From: a virus
DNA length: 64,000 nucleotides
IMG/VR virus record: IMGVR_UViG_3300029922_000015
Location: 1-64,000 of that record
Direction: 5' to 3' (one strand)
In this document: positions 20,655-29,464 of the stretch, piece by piece
How positions within the stretch are numbered: position 1 is the first letter of the stretch
How the letters are laid out: each line of letters begins with the position of its first letter
Made by a program: the position numbers and the translations under genes
The notes under the pieces: generated by a model
What the model saw: the letters and a program-made list of their open reading frames with translations, nothing else
What the model was told of the DNA's origin: nothing
The model's database searches: none

Positions 20655-22340
20655 GTGAAGAATTTCGATTACTTTTATACTGGTGAACTAAGTTTGCCAG
20701 TAAATCAATACCAGATTTACTATGATTTCAATGAAATCGGGGCTAATCCAATTATTCCACAAGGCTCTTCAAATCCGCGATATTCTGGCATTATTTCCTC
20801 ATTAGGATCATTTTATTCCGTTTCTGGTTCTGGTCTATTCTCTTCCAGTCAAAATATTTCTATACAAAATGCCAGTGGGCTCAACGCAACAAGTTTCACC
20901 GCTTTCTTTGTATATGAGAAAAACTATACGGGAAACGCCGTTCTATTTTCTTCGTTAACCAGTGGGGGGAGCGTTCCTTCTGGATTTATTATTGGAATTA
21001 ATGATGCAAATAGACTTTATTTTGAATGCTACGATCAAAATGGACAAAATATCTATACATCTTCTAATATTTATGGGGGAAAGAATGCGGTAGCGGTGGT
21101 TAAACAGAATAATATTCTGAACTTCATGTATTATAACTTTAATACGCAATCTATAGAACCAGAAAATTTCTTTATTAGTTCAACAGCCCTTTATCAAAAT
21201 AATCAAGCTTACTTGGGCTCGCCAGTAAACGCTCCCACTTATGTTACTGAGAAAAGTTTTAGTGGCTATATGGATCAGTTCGTCTATATAAATACCGCAC
21301 TAACAAGCAATACGATTTCAACACTTTTTAGTGGATTTTTTGCTAGTGGGCTACCCGATACCGTTGTCGTGGTAGATCAAACTAACGATTTTATCACGGG
21401 CGCGTCGATTCAATTAGCGGAAATTGGTACGGGAGTTACCGGCTTTGGAGTATATCTTTCTGGATATGTTTTCGATAACGATAGTCGCCCATTGCCAGTA
21501 TTTCTTTATAACAATCTCACAGGAGCAATTATCGAAGATACTTTCGTTCCTTTAACATCATCTTTATCTTTTCAAGTTTCCGGCTTAATAAATAACGGGT
21601 ATTATGTCGATACTGGATATTGTAATTCCTTTGGTATGGATGGGGTTAATTTAATGCGTCCAATTGATTCATCCGATTATAATCTTGAATTGTATGCCTA
21701 TCAAACTATTAATTTAGATAATCTTGGATTAACTACTTCTTTTAATAATAATGGTTGGTTTGCAATGGATGCAATTTTTCCGGTTATAAATTTATATATC
21801 AATGGTATCGCTTATAACTCAGGAATGTATTATTTGAGTGGCAATAGTTTTATTAATATTACTTATTTAAGTGGTAATTATTATTTAACAGGAAATAGTA
21901 TTGTAATCGATAGTGCCATCAAGGCTACAGATACCGTTACTTTCGATGTCATCAGCGGAACTCCTAAAACTTTTATTCTTACTTCGAGCACAGGACAGTC
22001 TTTCGCAACAACGCAAACATCTAATATAATTTTTCTAAACGGACAAAAATTAGTATCCGGTACGGATTATACCTATGGAGGAGGAAATTTAAATATTAAT
22101 GCAACTCTAGCCACCGGATCAATTATTTCTTTTCCAATGATAACTAATTTTGAATATACTAGCGGTAGATTCTTATCTCGTTTTGGTCGGGATACTTCTA
22201 TGTTCTGGTTAAATGGGCAAAGACAAGTTTTGAATAAGGATTATGTAGAAATTTCTAATATTGATTTACTCCAAGGTTCGGGAATATTTCAAATATATAA
22301 TAGCTCATTACAGATAAACCAATTCACTACACAATGGTAA
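20655..22340 (+). CDS. Virion protein with LamG/concanavalin-like domain
   Basis: IYYDFNE...SFTAFFVYEK...GFIIGINDANRLYFE...FSGYMDQFVYINTAL; LNGQKL..GTDY repeats. Confidence 0.65.
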   Translation: MKNFDYFYTGELSLPVNQYQIYYDFNEIGANPIIPQGSSNPRYSGIISSLGSFYSVSGSGLFSSSQNISIQNASGLNATSFTAFFVYEKNYTGNAVLFSSLTSGGSVPSGFIIGINDANRLYFECYDQNGQNIYTSSNIYGGKNAVAVVKQNNILNFMYYNFNTQSIEPENFFISSTALYQNNQAYLGSPVNAPTYVTEKSFSGYMDQFVYINTALTSNTISTLFSGFFASGLPDTVVVVDQTNDFITGASIQLAEIGTGVTGFGVYLSGYVFDNDSRPLPVFLYNNLTGAIIEDTFVPLTSSLSFQVSGLINNGYYVDTGYCNSFGMDGVNLMRPIDSSDYNLELYAYQTINLDNLGLTTSFNNNGWFAMDAIFPVINLYINGIAYNSGMYYLSGNSFINITYLSGNYYLTGNSIVIDSAIKATDTVTFDVISGTPKTFILTSSTGQSFATTQTSNIIFLNGQKLVSGTDYTYGGGNLNINATLATGSIISFPMITNFEYTSGRFLSRFGRDTSMFWLNGQRQVLNKDYVEISNIDLLQGSGIFQIYNSSLQINQFTTQW

Positions 22341-22341
22341 A

Positions 22342-24693
22342 ATGATACAAACTCTAGATCAAGTTACGATTAATGGTTCACAGCAAATATGGAATGGATA
22401 TATTTATGCTTTGAACTATCAGCCCTCTTTTGGACAAACTCCATCTTATCTTACAATGAATTTTGTTTCTGAAGATGGAACTTTTTCTATTAATCAAGAT
22501 GATTTAGAAGTTTTGAGTCCTTATACGATATCAATAGGAGACAATATTCAATTGTCCATGTATCCCGTCGATTATAAAAGAACCGAGGATAAATCAGGAA
22601 AACTTTTAGAAGTGAAGTTTATTGATACTTCCATTGCATTAGATAAAGTGATTGTTGTATTAAATGGGCGTCAAGGTAGCGATGGAAATGAATATCCGAT
22701 TGATCCTTATGGCCCCGGCCCTATTTACGCTAATGATGCCGTGGCCGGATCGTGCTATATTCCCGTAGGAAGACAACTTCTTACAATAGCGGATACATAT
22801 AATACCGTATTACCTGTGGTTTATAGCTTTCCTGAATTGTGTGATGCTATTGGCGTAAATGGTATTACTATCGATCCCGATAGCTTCACCCTTATACAAA
22901 ATTCGAATCAATTCTTTTTTGCGAGCTATATTGGGACGCTGCGGGGGGTTCTTCAACAATGGTGCACCGATTTGGGATATGGTTTTTATTGGGAAAATAA
23001 CGCAATTCATTTCTTAGATTTAACAACTAATCTAGTTTTAAATACCTCTTCTTTCGATACCGCTACTAAGGACGCTTATACTGAAGAGGTCACTATAGAA
23101 GATACGGTAGGAAGAGTCGCGTGCGCTTTTTATGGTCAAGACCGTCAATGGATTAGTATAAATCCCGCTCAAGATACGCAAATTTCCTTTAAACAAGTTA
23201 GTCTTGTTCAAGTCGGTTATAGCGCAGATGACATATCAGCTATTAAAGCCGCCTTTTTAGGAGAGGACTTTTTTTATGCTTATAATTTTTTTATAAGTTT
23301 CTCTAATGAGGCCGGTTCTTTAACTTTGGGAATGCCCCAATGTACGGCGGCGGATACCAGCACCCAAAGTAAAAGTTTAGATTTAGCTGCGCCAAATAAT
23401 ATTTTTAATCAATATTATTATTCAGCGATGAATAAAATGACAGCTCAACAAAATTTTAAAACCTATAGGGAACTTGTTGATGAGGTCGGAAGATATTTCT
23501 ATATTCCTATGACTAGAGGAGATTGGCGTAATTTAAACAATTCGGTAGAAAAAGTAAAAAGTCAAAGCTGGTATCCTAAAGATGTGGTAGTTTCTTCCAC
23601 AATGCTAGCGAAATTGGCTTCTCCTCAATCTAAAAGTAATGAAAGTTTACAAGCTTTCTTATTAGGAACTCCTTATGTACCTCCCTCTAGCAATAATACC
23701 GGGGCGGGAAATCCAGCCGAGGGGGCTTCGTCAAATCAGGGCTACGATCCAACAACATACATTTCCCCTAAGTCTGATAACGATGATGGATTTTTAATTG
23801 TAGATTTGGGATTAACTTCTTGGCAAATTGTAGAAGTCGAGGGAACGGTAACTCAAGACGGGGTTTATATCAACGTTACTCCCGAAGATGTAGGAAATTA
23901 TTTACAAGCTAATGATATATTTTATAATCTCCCGTTAGCTTGCAATAGCAGAAGTGATCCGAGTTCTGTGTTAGAGCAATTAACAAGCTTAAATGGGCAA
24001 TCTGAAGTTTTATCTGCAATACAGGGGGATTATGTCTTGCAAATGTGGGGCGTAAAATCTTCTACCCCTGTTAATTCTCTAACCCTATCTCTTAACATTC
24101 TAAAGACGCCAGAGGACTTGCTAGGGCCAAATCAATTATTATCCTGTGTTCTTACTGAGCCGGGAGTAATTTGCGTTCCTAAAGTGGAAGAATTTTTACG
24201 TTCCGAAACTGATAAAACCGGAGACACTGTTAATTGTCATAGCAATGTAATCAAAAATGAAATGAATTTCCAAAGAATTACTAATCAGGATTTATTGGCA
24301 TTAGGAACTTTAGATTTAGGTTTCTTAGGACAAGTTAGAACAACTACAGGTATTAATATTGTAATGCCGGCCGTTCCTAACTATAAAACATTGCAAGAGG
24401 CTTTCCAATTATTTTGTCAAAATCTAACATTTAGTAAAGTTCAACCTACTATTATTAGAACTTATCATTTACCTTATATCGATCTACCTGACAATTATCA
24501 ACCTTTAATTGGTAATGGATTAATGTCTCTAAAAATTTCTATTAATAGCAATGGTGTTTCTAGCGAATATACAATGGGCACTCGTTTCATGTCAATTCCA
24601 AGTATAGAATCGATTCGTATGAATATAGAGTTCCAGCGGGGAACAAACCAAAGTCGTTTTTTGCCTTATGGATGGACACCTTTTGGATACTAA
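22342..24693 (+). CDS. Tail hub/baseplate protein
   Basis: YIGTLRGVLQQWCTDLGYGFYW hub-like motif; synteny. Confidence 0.5.
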   Translation: MIQTLDQVTINGSQQIWNGYIYALNYQPSFGQTPSYLTMNFVSEDGTFSINQDDLEVLSPYTISIGDNIQLSMYPVDYKRTEDKSGKLLEVKFIDTSIALDKVIVVLNGRQGSDGNEYPIDPYGPGPIYANDAVAGSCYIPVGRQLLTIADTYNTVLPVVYSFPELCDAIGVNGITIDPDSFTLIQNSNQFFFASYIGTLRGVLQQWCTDLGYGFYWENNAIHFLDLTTNLVLNTSSFDTATKDAYTEEVTIEDTVGRVACAFYGQDRQWISINPAQDTQISFKQVSLVQVGYSADDISAIKAAFLGEDFFYAYNFFISFSNEAGSLTLGMPQCTAADTSTQSKSLDLAAPNNIFNQYYYSAMNKMTAQQNFKTYRELVDEVGRYFYIPMTRGDWRNLNNSVEKVKSQSWYPKDVVVSSTMLAKLASPQSKSNESLQAFLLGTPYVPPSSNNTGAGNPAEGASSNQGYDPTTYISPKSDNDDGFLIVDLGLTSWQIVEVEGTVTQDGVYINVTPEDVGNYLQANDIFYNLPLACNSRSDPSSVLEQLTSLNGQSEVLSAIQGDYVLQMWGVKSSTPVNSLTLSLNILKTPEDLLGPNQLLSCVLTEPGVICVPKVEEFLRSETDKTGDTVNCHSNVIKNEMNFQRITNQDLLALGTLDLGFLGQVRTTTGINIVMPAVPNYKTLQEAFQLFCQNLTFSKVQPTIIRTYHLPYIDLPDNYQPLIGNGLMSLKISINSNGVSSEYTMGTRFMSIPSIESIRMNIEFQRGTNQSRFLPYGWTPFGY

Positions 24694-25760
24694 TGATTAC
24701 CGGAATTATACAATCAATAGCAGACCAAACTGGAAATTTCGGTTTTCAGTTTGGATTATCCGTGCCTAATCTTAGTGTTCCTGTTAACGTCGGGTTTAGT
24801 GGTACTTCTGTTGTAAATTGGACATTTTCGAATGGAAGAATTTATGATCCCAAGGGATATTATTGTGGATCGTATTTAGCTAATCAACACGTTTTCATAG
24901 ACGGAGACATTGGAAACTCAGGGATAGATTACTATGTTAACGGAACAATCACCGCAATTGGTATTCCAAAATCAACGGGCACAATTAACTCCTTGTATAT
25001 GAATACGACAAGTGGAAATAATATCTCATTTAATGGATCGGTGGCGCTAGATTCTCCAAGCTATAGCATCTCAAATAATATTGGTTTTTATACAACCAGT
25101 AACGCCACAGGAAGTATAGTCAATCTGAGCAGCGGGGTTTTCCAAATTTTCTCTGGAGGTTGCGATAATTCTAATATTAATTTCCTAAATGTAACGACGG
25201 GAAATATTACTCCGGGCTCTTCGGGTATTTTCGTTTCATCCATTACCGGAGCGAGAGCGGGAGTTTCATATTCCGGTAACTATACCCTTTATACTAACTT
25301 TGGTAATATAACTTTTCCTATAAACTTCGAAGCCTTTGTAACTGGTATGCCTACCACAGCTTTCAACTATACTACAACAGCCTTTCGTAATATTAGCGGC
25401 ACTTCCGGTGTAACTTACTATGATGTAGGCGGCATATCGGTTGTGTCTGTTTCAGGATTGAATTTTATCAATACTCCATCCTTAAGTGTCCAACTACTGT
25501 ATGTGTCTGGATCGACAGGAAACTTTACAACAGCGTGGAGCTTGGCTACGGGAGTGTCAAATAATGCGCTATTAGATTACAAATTTAATGGATGGTACAA
25601 CTCAAGTGGGTTTTCTCATGGGCAACTTAATGTTCCAAACGGAAGTCTTTTTATCCAAGTGGGTTATACTCCATACGGGACTGGAATAACAAACGTAGCG
25701 CAGCTTATCGTATCGGGACTTAACAACGGATTCAACATCAATATCACAGGACAATCATGA
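24693..25760 (+). CDS. Ser/Thr/Gly-rich virion protein
   Basis: TAATG coupling gives ATG 24693 (track start 24672); dense SG/TG dipeptides. Confidence 0.55.
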   Translation: MITGIIQSIADQTGNFGFQFGLSVPNLSVPVNVGFSGTSVVNWTFSNGRIYDPKGYYCGSYLANQHVFIDGDIGNSGIDYYVNGTITAIGIPKSTGTINSLYMNTTSGNNISFNGSVALDSPSYSISNNIGFYTTSNATGSIVNLSSGVFQIFSGGCDNSNINFLNVTTGNITPGSSGIFVSSITGARAGVSYSGNYTLYTNFGNITFPINFEAFVTGMPTTAFNYTTTAFRNISGTSGVTYYDVGGISVVSVSGLNFINTPSLSVQLLYVSGSTGNFTTAWSLATGVSNNALLDYKFNGWYNSSGFSHGQLNVPNGSLFIQVGYTPYGTGITNVAQLIVSGLNNGFNINITGQS

Positions 25761-26860
25761 ATTTAATTTCTTACTTGCAGGTCGAACAAGACCCTAATAT
25801 AGCCTTACTTTACGAATCGGTAGGAGAATCTGGGGTTTATTTGCTAACTCTCATTCCTGTAATTAACGGAATTTCTGGCGGCAACATTGATTTTAGTGGG
25901 GTGGCCCCGCTGTCTGTTATTAACCAAGGACAAACTATAGCAATTAGCGGTAACTTTAGCAGCTTTATTACTCAAGGACAGACAGGATTATTCTATCCTA
26001 TCTATAATCCTAGCGGGTATGTTACCGCGATGCAGACGGGCATATTACAGCCTAGCGGAAATTATCTTACGTTCTCGCAGAGCGGTTTATTTTATCCCGC
26101 CAATAATCCAAGCGGATTCGTTACTGCGAGTCAGACGGGTATTTTCGTTACGGATAGCCAAACAGGCATATACGCTTCTTTATTTTATTCGATATCGAAT
26201 CCTTCTGGATTTATTCCTAGCGGAAATATCATAGCTGGCGCTAATGTAAGTATAGTGCCTAGCGGGAATAGTCTCGTGATTTCCGCTTCTGGTGGCGGAG
26301 GAGGAAGCAGCGTGAAATGGAATAGCGTTAATAACATTGATTTAACATCGGGATTTATTGCGCAACCAAATTCGTACAACTCCATTTTCATTGATTCCTA
26401 TACTCCCATCACAGGTTTCTTGCCAACAACCGGAGTAACCGATGGAACGTTCGTTGTATTCAAAGATATATTGGGATGGCCGGGATTTAGTTCCGTTCCA
26501 TTTACTGTTACAACTACCGATGGCAGCGCGACTATCCTTACCGCGCTTAGCGCGGAAGTTACAACGGAAGTTCTAAACCGTTCTTACGTTATCCAAACTT
26601 ACGTCTACTACGGGCGAGATAACTTTTGGGTTTCTAATTCTCAATTCTTCACAGTTCCCGACAGTGGAGTTTTAAGCGCCGGTTCATTGACGTACTCCAA
26701 TGAGTCGATTCTGCCTACATCGGTCTTCACCTTAAGTCACCTTTGCGCGTCTACGGGTAATCGTGGCGCTCTTTGGATTGATTCCCTTGCAAGCGGAACG
26801 GCGACAATCGCTAGCTCAAATTCGCTTGATAACGATACAATTTCAATAGAATTTCATTAA
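25757..26860 (+). CDS. Tail fibre-like protein with QTG..FYP..NPSG(F/Y) repeats
   Basis: Three NPSG repeats, then a GGGG linker and a C-terminal globular domain. Confidence 0.6.
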   Translation: MNLISYLQVEQDPNIALLYESVGESGVYLLTLIPVINGISGGNIDFSGVAPLSVINQGQTIAISGNFSSFITQGQTGLFYPIYNPSGYVTAMQTGILQPSGNYLTFSQSGLFYPANNPSGFVTASQTGIFVTDSQTGIYASLFYSISNPSGFIPSGNIIAGANVSIVPSGNSLVISASGGGGGSSVKWNSVNNIDLTSGFIAQPNSYNSIFIDSYTPITGFLPTTGVTDGTFVVFKDILGWPGFSSVPFTVTTTDGSATILTALSAEVTTEVLNRSYVIQTYVYYGRDNFWVSNSQFFTVPDSGVLSAGSLTYSNESILPTSVFTLSHLCASTGNRGALWIDSLASGTATIASSNSLDNDTISIEFH

Positions 26861-26861
26861 T

Positions 26862-27374
26862 ATGGGATTAGGTATTTTAATCGGTAACGGATCGTCAACG
26901 GCAAATACGCCGTTTCTCGTGAAAACTCGAAAAAATTCTCAGTCGGGTTTATGGGAAGCTTATGTTAATTTTGGAGATTTGCTTAACTCATTACAACCAG
27001 ACGATAATACTACAATCACAGGATTAGAAACATGGATTCCGCTAGACGCGAATGACGTGCTCTGGATTGAAATTACAATATCAAATTATTCTATTATCGG
27101 AGCAACACTGCATTCTTATGGATTAGGAGACTCCGAATTTGATCCTACAGCCGCACCGTGGGATAACGGAGGATTCGTTCAAGATGATAACGGAACTCCT
27201 CCTAAACAAATATCGGCTAGTTGTATAATTGCGCAATCAGAACCGGATACGAATGGGAGTCCTTCTGTAACTCAAAAATTATTTTCAAATTTACTATTAA
27301 TGGCTTGTTGCTTAGATGGCTTCCCTGCAATTTTTCCTTTTCCATCTCCTTACGGAAGATACATAACATCATAA
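26862..27374 (+). CDS. Hypothetical virion-associated protein
   Basis: ORF track, tightly packed in the tail operon. Confidence 0.55.
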   Translation: MGLGILIGNGSSTANTPFLVKTRKNSQSGLWEAYVNFGDLLNSLQPDDNTTITGLETWIPLDANDVLWIEITISNYSIIGATLHSYGLGDSEFDPTAAPWDNGGFVQDDNGTPPKQISASCIIAQSEPDTNGSPSVTQKLFSNLLLMACCLDGFPAIFPFPSPYGRYITS

Positions 27375-27375
27375 T

Positions 27376-28287
27376 ATGCCTTTAACTTATAATCAATTTG
27401 GTGGGTATCTGCCTTTTTGGATTGGAAATTCCGACCGAGCACTGATACCTGAAATTTACGCTGGTACTGCATATTCCGTGGAAGGGCTAATAGATCAATT
27501 ATCTTTATCGGAATTCTGCAAGATTTATTGGTTAGGAAAATCGGTAGATTATGATGTTAATATCGATTATTCTTACGAGAGCGTCACAGTAAATCATTTC
27601 GGAACAGATACAACAACCCTAATCGGTAGCGTAAATGGTGCGGATACTATTATTCTATCACCCGACAGAGGCTTATTTGGTTTCTCTGATAACACCAAAT
27701 CTGCTTTGCCTCAAACCCGCATGATATCGCAATCTGATTTTAAAGGATTTCCCAATAATGAGACGTATTGTGAGTCCTATCCTATCTTTAGTAATGTTAA
27801 TGCGGGCAATGCTACTTTCGTAGATAAAGGAACATTCAAGAATGTATCATATGACGGGTCAATTGACACTTATGATTATAATGTAAATTACCCGATACCC
27901 GGGGGGGCGCAATTTTTATGGGAATGGTCTTGGCCGGGGCAAATAGAAATAGCGAGCGTAGACCCATCTAAAACACCCTATATACCTAACAGTTTTTGTT
28001 ATACGCTATTAGACGATGACAATAATTGTTTTTCTTTTTTAGGAGGAGGTTTTCAATTCTCGCAAGGATATTTTGCTCTATTTTTTCCCTATTCATTTCA
28101 AATGAATAGCACCACTTATGAATACAAACATGTCACAGATATGACTTGGACTGTTGATGGAAAAGATTATATTATCCCGTTATATTGGCAAAAAAATATT
28201 TCTGATCCTTCGACCACTTATTCATTAACAATAAATGGTAATATCAATTTTGACTTTAACTCGTTTTGGGAGCCGGAAGAGTATTAA
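27376..28287 (+). CDS. Hypothetical virion-associated protein, last gene of the + strand module
   Basis: ORF track; 3' end overlaps the convergent gene by 32 nt. Confidence 0.55.
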   Translation: MPLTYNQFGGYLPFWIGNSDRALIPEIYAGTAYSVEGLIDQLSLSEFCKIYWLGKSVDYDVNIDYSYESVTVNHFGTDTTTLIGSVNGADTIILSPDRGLFGFSDNTKSALPQTRMISQSDFKGFPNNETYCESYPIFSNVNAGNATFVDKGTFKNVSYDGSIDTYDYNVNYPIPGGAQFLWEWSWPGQIEIASVDPSKTPYIPNSFCYTLLDDDNNCFSFLGGGFQFSQGYFALFFPYSFQMNSTTYEYKHVTDMTWTVDGKDYIIPLYWQKNISDPSTTYSLTINGNINFDFNSFWEPEEY

Positions 28288-29464
28288 ACAAATAATAGAA
28301 TTCCGCTTCATTCCAAAAATCCTTCGAATCGATAAACTCGCCGATTGCTGATTCGGACGATATAGGGCAATCTTTTTGACTGAGCCAGTGGGCTTTAGAG
28401 GGATAAGTTTTGTTTTGACTAAGAATAAACTTACTTGTCTTAAATTTGGTCTTATCGGAAATATAGGAAATCGGCAATTTATCTTTGGAAGAAAACTTCG
28501 CTTTTTGAATTGGCGTATTATCTAAATAAACGATTTTTAACTTGTTTATTTCTTCTTCGGATAGCTCGGATACCAAAGCGTAGGGAATCCCCAATTTCTG
28601 TACTTGCTGGACAATAGGGAGTTGGTCGGCGCTTGTAATTAAAACTACAATTTGAACAATGTTCTGGCGAAGTTGCATTAGGGCATTTTCGTTTAAAAGT
28701 TTATCTGTATAAATAGCACATTTTCTTAGCCCGATTTGATTGTATAGAAATTTTTGGGTCGTCTCGTTCTCTTGGACATAATCGTATCGAATATGAAGTA
28801 ATGCATTAGGCATGAATTTGGGATCGACCAAACAATCAGGAATAGACTCTAGAGAAGTAGAAGAAAACTCTTTGCCAAAAAAAATAGATTCTCGTTCAAT
28901 CGATCCTTCGATATTTAATAATTCCAAAACCGATTTAGCTATAACTTCCGGTTTGATATAGTTGATAATTTTAGGATCATCCTGTTGGCTATAGGAAGGC
29001 TTGCGCTCCCCTAGGGGAGCCTGAATCAATCGAACATCTTCTGGATTGCTCCAATACGGTTTGGAGTGTTCGATATACATGTTGGAGTATAAACCCACAA
29101 TTTTAGTACCGAAAACAGAAGCGATATGCACGTTTAGAGAATCTACCCCAACATGTAATAATGCATTTCTGACGACATCGAATGTTTGTCTAAAAGACGT
29201 TTGCCCGCAAAGATTGACATCTATATTCGGAATAATCGCGTCGCCGCTGCCTCCGATTTGAACAACTTTAATATTCTCCTTGTCCAAAAAGGGCTTTAAA
29301 ATCGAAAGGACTTCTGGAAACCAGTTATACTGTCTAGATTGATAACGAGAATCTCCCTGAATTGTGATATATTTCTCGTGAACCAAAGGATAAAACTTGG
29401 GTATCAAATGAGGTTTGGAAATTTTAGCGCGAGCAATCGATGCGTATGATTCTAAGATGTGCAT
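28256..29464 (-). CDS. GT9-like (ADP-heptose transferase-type) glycosyltransferase C-terminal half plus extra domain
   Basis: VVQIGG...NLCGQTSFRQTFDVVRNALLHVGVDSLNVHIASVFGTKIVGLY. Confidence 0.7.
   Translation of the reverse strand: MHILESYASIARAKISKPHLIPKFYPLVHEKYITIQGDSRYQSRQYNWFPEVLSILKPFLDKENIKVVQIGGSGDAIIPNIDVNLCGQTSFRQTFDVVRNALLHVGVDSLNVHIASVFGTKIVGLYSNMYIEHSKPYWSNPEDVRLIQAPLGERKPSYSQQDDPKIINYIKPEVIAKSVLELLNIEGSIERESIFFGKEFSSTSLESIPDCLVDPKFMPNALLHIRYDYVQENETTQKFLYNQIGLRKCAIYTDKLLNENALMQLRQNIVQIVVLITSADQLPIVQQVQKLGIPYALVSELSEEEINKLKIVYLDNTPIQKAKFSSKDKLPISYISDKTKFKTSKFILSQNKTYPSKAHWLSQKDCPISSESAIGEFIDSKDFWNEAEFYYLFNTLPAPKTS

Noticed and set aside
28256-28287. Terminator or att site at the strand-switch point
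   Set aside because: The convergent genes simply overlap by 32 nt; no hairpin, repeat or integrase was seen.
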